A program made the position numbers and the translations under genes. The notes under the pieces were generated by a model. That model was not told the origin of the DNA. It saw only the letters and a list, made by a program, of their open reading frames with translations, and did not search any database. Positions 57,517 to 64,000 of a DNA stretch of 64,000 bases are shown piece after piece (positions within the stretch are counted from its first letter, which is position 1; every line of letters starts with the position of its first letter). Source of the stretch: Myxococcota bacterium (GTDB taxonomy: Bacteria > Myxococcota_A > Polyangia > Nannocystales > Nannocystaceae). The stretch spans positions 384,001 through 448,000 of the forward strand of contig JBCCHT010000003.1 in assembly GCA_039028615.1 (NCBI GenBank), in the 5' to 3' direction.

Positions 57517-58356
57517 ATGCCCGTACTCGATGGCTCGACGGTTCTGCTGACCGGTGCATCCTCCGGGATTGGTCTGGAGCTCGCTCGCCTGGTCGCGGCA
57601 CGGGCCTCGAGGCTCATCATCGTGGCGCGCCGACGCGACCGCCTCGAGACGCTTCGCGACGAGCTGGTGGCGGCGCATCCGAAGCTCGTGGTCGACGTCG
57701 AGACCTGCGACCTGTCCGATCTGGCCGCGACCGAGGCCCTCGCCGACGGTTTGCTCGCGCGCCTGGATGCGGTCGACGTGCTGATCAACAACGCGGGGCT
57801 CGGCGACATCCGGCTCTTCGAGGTCTCCGAGCACGCCAAGCTCCAGCGCATGATCGCGGTGAACATCGAGGCGGTCACCCTGCTCACGCACAAGCTCGTG
57901 CCGCCCATGGTCCAGCGCGGACGCGGCGGGGTGCTGTTCATCAGCTCGGGCTTCGGGCTCACCGTGATGCCGGGCGTGGCCGCCTACGCCGGGACCAAGC
58001 ACTACGTCTCCGCGTTCTCGGAGGCCTTGCGGATGGAGCTACGAGGCACGGGGGTGGTGGTGACGCAGGTCTGCCCGGGGCCGGTCGCGACCGAGTTCGA
58101 ATCGGTCGCGGGCAATCCCACGGGGCAGTCGGTCCCCAAGTTCATCGAGCTGTCGCCGGAAAAGTGCGCGGCGCTCTCTATCCGGGGCTTCGACCGTCGC
58201 CGCGCCACGGTGGTCCCCGGCTTCGTGATGTCCATCTTGATGTGGTTCGGCGTCTGGATGCCGCGCTGGTCGAGGCGGGCGATGTACTCCTGGATGGCCA
58301 CGTTCCTCCGCAACAAGCAGGGCCTCAAGGCGCTCGGGTCCGGCGACGCCGGGTAG
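57517..58356 (+). CDS. SDR family oxidoreductase
   Basis: TGASSGIG, NNAG, YAGTK, CPGPV.TEF. Confidence 0.95.
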   Translation: MPVLDGSTVLLTGASSGIGLELARLVAARASRLIIVARRRDRLETLRDELVAAHPKLVVDVETCDLSDLAATEALADGLLARLDAVDVLINNAGLGDIRLFEVSEHAKLQRMIAVNIEAVTLLTHKLVPPMVQRGRGGVLFISSGFGLTVMPGVAAYAGTKHYVSAFSEALRMELRGTGVVVTQVCPGPVATEFESVAGNPTGQSVPKFIELSPEKCAALSIRGFDRRRATVVPGFVMSILMWFGVWMPRWSRRAMYSWMATFLRNKQGLKALGSGDAG

Positions 58357-58363
58357 CGCAAAG

Positions 58364-58759
58364 TCAGTTCACCGGGCGGTCGCGGAGCGTTGCCGCGAGC
58401 CAGAACACCAGCACCCCGACCGAGTACGCCACCAGGTCGCTCCACAAAAAGCCGCGGCCGAGCACGAGTCGTCCGGGCAGGGTGGTGCGCAGCGCGTTGA
58501 GCCACTCGACGTCGATGCGCTGGCTGAACTCCACGGCGAAGCAGATGCCCACGCTCGTGATGGCGATCTTCGTGCGGTGGGCGGTGGGGACGACGAACCC
58601 GACGAGGCCGCAGATCATCATGGCCCACAGGCCGTCGCCCACCGACGGCGGGACGCCGGGGATGCGGCGCGACAGCAGGCCGACCGCGATGAGCAGCAGG
58701 ACGAGGCCGCCGTATCGCCACCGGGTCGTCCAGCGGGACGGGTCACGGTCTTCGGACAT
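58364..58759 (-). CDS. DUF2809-like membrane protein
   Basis: GDGLWA, VEFSQ, LR.T..GRLVLG.GF.W.DL.AY..G. Confidence 0.8.
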   Translation of the reverse strand: MSEDRDPSRWTTRWRYGGLVLLLIAVGLLSRRIPGVPPSVGDGLWAMMICGLVGFVVPTAHRTKIAITSVGICFAVEFSQRIDVEWLNALRTTLPGRLVLGRGFLWSDLVAYSVGVLVFWLAATLRDRPVN

Positions 58760-58944
58760 GCGTCGTTTTCACTCTACGTCTCGCGGGGCGAGCGGACGGA
58801 GCGAAGGGCACGAACGGTAGGGGAGTGAAACCGACTGGCCGGCTTTGGCGAGTCGGCGGCGAAGAGGCGCGATGCGATCGCGCGCGTCGGCGGGCGCGGG
58901 ATGTTCACGCGACCGCCGAGTCGAGCCGGAGCCAACGGGCGCGA

Positions 58945-59067
58945 TCAGGTGGCGCCGTCGGTCTCGTCGCTGTCGTCGATCTGCTCCTGGGTCTCGATGC
59001 AGGCCATCCCGCCGAGGGCGATCGAGAGGGCGACAAAAGCGAACAACGCGAAGAACTTACGAGTCAT
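58945..59067 (-). CDS. Very small putative lipoprotein (40 aa)
   Basis: MTRK-FFALFAFVALSIALGGMAC-IETQEQIDDSDETDGAT; 23 nt after the upstream stop. Confidence 0.55.
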   Translation of the reverse strand: MTRKFFALFAFVALSIALGGMACIETQEQIDDSDETDGAT

Positions 59068-59090
59068 GGCGTGAATCCAGGGAGAAAGCG

Positions 59091-61023
59091 TCAAGGGGCC
59101 CACAGGCGGGTGGCGTCGTCGAGGCGGCGTCGAACGTGGTCTCTTCGGGCGGGATCGGCTGCGAGCAGGAGATCCTCGTGGGTGGACCAGGCCGTTTGGG
59201 CCGCCGAAGCATGGCCGAGATCCAGCTCGAGTTCCACCCTGTCGAGCACGACGTCCCAACGCTCGGGGCGCAGCTTGCTTGCACGCTCGTAGAGGGTTCG
59301 GGCCCTTTGTGCGTCTCCCAGGCGGTGATGGATACGGGCAGCCGTGGCGTGGGCGAGGGCCGAGTAGGGATAGTCACGCGTGGCGCGGTTTGCGAAATCC
59401 TGGGCTGCCGCAACTCGCGCCTCGTACTCGAGATCGGCTCGATCGAGGCTGACGGAGGCTAGAGCCGCGAGTACGCGGTCTTCCCGGTCGAGTCCCCGCG
59501 ACCGGGCGCGCTCGAACAGCGCATGGGCCGTGGGCCAGTCGCGCTGGGTCGCCGCCAGTCGGGCGCCACACAGCCAGGGCAGGGCCTGCTCGGGGGCGAG
59601 GCGCTGCGCGATGGAGCAGTGAGCCGACGCACGATTCAGGGCTCGCGGGTCGTCGGGGTTGGACTCGAGGCGACGAACGTAGAGCTGGCCGCGGATCCCG
59701 TGGGCGCGGGCCGATCCCGGGGCCCGGCGCAGGGCGGTGTTCCACAGGCGGGTGTCGCTGCGATAAGCGGTGGCCGCTCCTTGGGCCAGCGCGCCCTGGA
59801 GGATCAGCATGGCGACCAGCGGGGTGAGCAAAGCCCAGCCGCGATCCCCCCGGGCGAGCCACTGACCACCGCGTACCGCCGCCGCGGCGAGGCCGATGCA
59901 CACCGCGATCGAGGGCAGATACATGAAACGATCGGCCCGGAGGTTGGTCATGGGCCACAGGTTGCTGGTGGGCAGGGCCAGGCCGAACGCCCCGAGGATG
60001 GCCAACGCGACCACGGGCCAGCGCCTCCGCCACGCGCCCACCAGACCCACGAGCATCAACCCGAGCAGGGCGGCCGCGGACACGAGGGGTGGCGGGGCTG
60101 CCCCACGAGCGCGGCGGCTCGACGTACTCGGGCGACAGCCCGAAGGGCACCAGCATCTGCTGCAGGTAGCTCAGGTGGATCTGGGCGCTGGCGGCCATGG
60201 TCGGCCCCAGCCCGGCGTGCAGCAGCACGAGGCGCGGGTTTTCGACGCCGCCGTAGGGCGACGCGCCGCCGTAGATGGAGTAGCGGTGCCCGATCACCAA
60301 CGCGGCGGCCCCGATCAGCGCGAGCGCAGGCAGCTGGTCTCGGCGCCCGAGCCCGCGACCCCACGGTGCGAGCAGCCGTGCCAGCCCCCATAGGCCGACC
60401 AGCGCGATGGCATTGAGCTTGGCGCCGGCCGCGAGCACGAGCAGCACGCCCGCGCCGAGGGCCCGCAGCCCCACGCCGCGACCGGTGGGGGCCTCCCCGC
60501 TGGCGTCGGCGAGCGTCAGCGCCCCGAGCCCGAGCCCGGCCGCGAGCAAGTCCTCGTGAAAGGAGACCACGGTGACCACCTCGGCGTGGATCGCCATGAC
60601 CCCGAAGAGCGCGGCGGCGGAGCTCCACAGCGCGGTGGGGGCCCGTAGTCCGCGGAGCCACGCGGCGAGCATGGCCACGACCCCCACGTGCAGCAGCACC
60701 GAGACCGCGTGATGCAGCCACGGCTTTGCCCCCAGCGCCTGGTAGCTGAGCATGTCGAAGGCCACCAGCGTGGGGCGGAAGGCATCCGGCACGTTGCGGG
60801 CGTGAGCCTGGTCGCTCAGCAGCAGCGACAGGTCCTCGGGCGATCGCAGAAAGCCGTTGGCGAGGATCGTCCAGTGGTCGTCGTAGACGAAGTCGAAGCT
60901 CAGCGTGGGCAGGTAGACCAGACCCGACAGCAGCACGATCCCCGCCAGCAATACGCGCGGCGAGACCCTCGACCACAGGTCGGGGTCCGCGTCGTTCGTT
61001 GCGGGCGGGGTGGAGGCGCTCAC
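59091..61023 (-). pseudogene. TMTC-like GT-C glycosyltransferase with TPRs, split by a +1 frameshift (or sequence error)
   Basis: FVYDD, FRP, HAEVV, multi-TM, ADRFMYLP, W...L...P.SARA TPRs; frames join if one G is removed from 60086-60089. Confidence 0.8.
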
Positions 61024-61027
61024 GCGC

Positions 61028-61585
61028 CTACTCGGCGCTGCCGGCCTCGTCGTCGCGCCCGGGGCAGTCCTTGCGGCGCGGCGGCAGGTCGCCGCAGCGG
61101 GCGTGGTCGATGCCGTACATGGTGGACGCCAGGATGACGCCCGCCAGCCCGATCACGGCCGAGCCGATGGCCATGCCGTTCATGACCTCGCCGGTGGTGG
61201 TCAGCGTGTCGGCGCGGTCCCGCGTGAGGGACTGGTCTTCGTAGCCGTTGGCGATCTGGGCCTGGACCACGCGGCCGCCGATGCCGAAGCCGGTCGTGCC
61301 GACCACGCCAAAGCCCGCGGCGCCGGCTCCCAGGAAGAACAAGATCTTCCGGCGACGCCGCTTCTTGTCGCTCTCGGGGTCGTCGCTGCGGTCCCCGTCG
61401 TTGCTGGAGCTGGTGCCGACCTCGACGGTGGCCGGGCCGTCATCGAGTTCGAACTGGGTGCGATGGGCCATGGCGCCCACCTGGAGGTCGGTGGGGATGA
61501 GCCGGGGCGCGGGCGTGGCCGCGCTCACACAGCCGGTGAGGCTAGTGGTGCCCGCCAGGGCGACGGCAAGGATTCGAGCGCGCAT
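61028..61585 (-). CDS. Lipoprotein with two Gly-rich hydrophobic helices
   Basis: LTGC lipobox; AGGAG SD; 2-nt gap to the upstream gene. Confidence 0.7.
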   Translation of the reverse strand: MRARILAVALAGTTSLTGCVSAATPAPRLIPTDLQVGAMAHRTQFELDDGPATVEVGTSSSNDGDRSDDPESDKKRRRRKILFFLGAGAAGFGVVGTTGFGIGGRVVQAQIANGYEDQSLTRDRADTLTTTGEVMNGMAIGSAVIGLAGVILASTMYGIDHARCGDLPPRRKDCPGRDDEAGSAE

Positions 61586-61587
61586 CG

Positions 61588-62202
61588 TTATCGCTCCTCC
61601 TGGTCTTCGGGGAACGAGGCGCCCCCGCTGCTGCCGTCGTCGCCTCCGCTGCTGCCCCCGTCGTCACCCGAGGGAATCTCGGTGCCCTCGGGGATGCAGA
61701 TGCCGAACAGGCAGGTGGAGCCGCTCGCGCAGTCGTCGGGGGTGGTGCACATGGTGGCGCAGGTCCCAAAGTCGGGGATGCAAATCTCACCCTCCGGGCA
61801 GATGTCGGCATTTTCGCCGTCATCGCACTGGATCCCGCAGATGCCGATGGTCGCGTCCGAACCTCCGCCACCGAAGGGGCTGCCTCCGCCTCCCCCGAGG
61901 TCGATGCCGAGGTCGATGCACTCGTGGCTCGCGGGGCAGCGACCGGCCCCCACCTCACAGGTGTTGGCACAGGCCCCGTTGAAGCAGGCCGCGAAGCCAT
62001 CCTCGAAGGGGCAGTCCTCGGCCGCGGTGGCCTGGGTGCAGGTCCGCTCGCAAACGCCGCGGCGGCACGTCTCGTTGGAGTTGCAGTCCGAGTCCGAGTC
62101 GCAGGCGTAGCGGAAGTTCGACGGCGGGAGCTGCTCGGAGTAGCAGCTGATGCCGAGGCCGGAGCCGAGCAACAGCGCCACTAGCGTGCGGGGGAGGGTC
62201 AT
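61588..62202 (-). CDS. Cys-rich lipoprotein
   Basis: MTLPRTLVALLLGSGLGISC; repeated CxxxxDC...C...C modules. Confidence 0.75.
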   Translation of the reverse strand: MTLPRTLVALLLGSGLGISCYSEQLPPSNFRYACDSDSDCNSNETCRRGVCERTCTQATAAEDCPFEDGFAACFNGACANTCEVGAGRCPASHECIDLGIDLGGGGGSPFGGGGSDATIGICGIQCDDGENADICPEGEICIPDFGTCATMCTTPDDCASGSTCLFGICIPEGTEIPSGDDGGSSGGDDGSSGGASFPEDQEER

Positions 62203-62490
62203 GTGGCGCCCAAGATAGCGCAAGCAATCGCGCGGTCCATGCCGGGGTAGACACCGCAGATCCCGCAGCGGTTTCCCAGCCAATTTTCGCCCTTATCTCA
62301 CTGCTCACGCGCTCGTCGTGGGCTCGGGGGGGCGGTGCTTGTCGGGCGGAAGCGGGCCGTGCTACCAACCGGCCCGCTCTAACGACTCATGCCCCGCGAG
62401 GGCTCCGTGGTGTGATCGCTACCTTTACCGGCGCGATTTGGCGGAGACCGACGACCGAGGCAGAGGCTCAACGCCAACAAGGAACGAAAA

Positions 62491-63447
62491 ATGGAATCGA
62501 CCACCCAGGCCGCGGCCGGCGACAGCGCCGCGCTCGACCAAGCCCAGCGCATCATCACCGTCCGTCAGTTGCTCGAGGCCGGCGTCCACTTCGGACACCG
62601 CACCGATCGCTGGAACCCCAAGATGAAGCAGTACATCTATGGGGCGCGCAACGGCATCCACATCATCGACCTCCAGCAGACGGCCGTCCTCTTCCGTCGC
62701 GCCTACAACTTCATCCGCAGCATGGCCGCGGACGGCAACCCGGTGCTCTTCGTCGGGACCAAGAAGCAGGCCGCCGATGTGATGGTGACCGAGGCCCAGC
62801 GGGCGGGTCAGTTCTTCGTGGCTTCGCGCTGGCTCGGCGGCACGCTGACCAACTGGAAGACCGTTCGTCAGTCCGTCGACAAGCTCCGCAGCTTGGAGCG
62901 CATGTCCGAGGACGGCACCCACGAGAAGCTGACCAAAAAAGAGGTCCTGCGCATGGAGAGGCTCCGCCTCAAGCTCGAGCGCAACCTCGGCGGCATCAAG
63001 GACATGACCAAGCTCCCCGGTGCGATCTTCGTGATCGACCCCGCCAAGGAGTACATCGCGGTCTCCGAGGCCAACCGCCTGGGCATCCCCGTGGTGGCGG
63101 TCGCCGACACCAACGCCAACCCGGACAAGATCGCCCACGTCATTCCCGGCAACGACGACGCGATCCGCTCCATCAAGCTGTTCTGCTCCAAGATCGCGGA
63201 CGCCTGCATCGAAGGCACCCGCATCGGCAAGCAGCGCGCGGTCACGGCCACCTCGGGTGACGAGGAAGCTCCCGAGACCATCCGCGTGATGACCGGTGGC
63301 GACGGCCCCAAGGTCGAGCTGGTCTCCCGCCGCGGAAACCTGCCCACCCCCGAGGCCGCTGCGACTCCCGAAGCCGAGGAGAACGCCGCCGCTGCTGCCC
63401 AGCAGGCCGCCCAGACCGCTCCCGAGGGCGGCACTCCGGCCACCTGA
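62491..63447 (+). CDS. rpsB: 30S ribosomal protein S2
   Basis: [36 protein letters not shown]. Confidence 0.98.
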   Translation: MESTTQAAAGDSAALDQAQRIITVRQLLEAGVHFGHRTDRWNPKMKQYIYGARNGIHIIDLQQTAVLFRRAYNFIRSMAADGNPVLFVGTKKQAADVMVTEAQRAGQFFVASRWLGGTLTNWKTVRQSVDKLRSLERMSEDGTHEKLTKKEVLRMERLRLKLERNLGGIKDMTKLPGAIFVIDPAKEYIAVSEANRLGIPVVAVADTNANPDKIAHVIPGNDDAIRSIKLFCSKIADACIEGTRIGKQRAVTATSGDEEAPETIRVMTGGDGPKVELVSRRGNLPTPEAAATPEAEENAAAAAQQAAQTAPEGGTPAT

Positions 63448-63468
63448 GCACCCCGAGAGGACTGACTC

Positions 63469-64000
<532 letters not shown>

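Noticed and set aside
62290..62490. rpsB leader as a structured autoregulatory RNA
   Set aside because: Plausible by analogy with other bacteria, but I could not identify a supporting structure by eye
63230..63447. C-terminal extension of ribosomal protein S2
   Set aside because: Ala/Glu-rich S2 tails are common in many bacteria

Overview
High-GC, gene-dense bacterial chromosomal window. By inference it comes from a myxobacterium, probably Nannocystaceae-like, given the many Cys-rich lipoproteins, Ser/Thr kinase-TPR proteins, ECF cassettes and an AgmX/PglI-type C-terminal domain. About 55 CDSs are supported, ending in rpsB and a partial tsf. I saw no rRNA, tRNA, CRISPR array or transposase. 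The best candidate for an undescribed system is a tightly coupled four-gene operon (6682-14686): SNF2 helicase, Mre11/SbcD-like nuclease, hook-less Rad50/SbcC-like ATPase and endonuclease V. Other highlights: an ECF sigma/anti-sigma cassette containing a lipoprotein with 22 vicinal Cys-Cys repeats; a radical-SAM-like gene with a broken Fe-S motif behind a LexA-like box; a cytochrome c pair with a contracted CxCH motif; a divergent pair of atypical kinases; a frameshifted TMTC-like glycosyltransferase; and a recurring -10-like hexamer only 7-11 nt before start codons, suggesting near-leaderless mRNAs. All family calls come from motif recognition by eye; no searches were run, and several starts were re-chosen relative to the ORF track.
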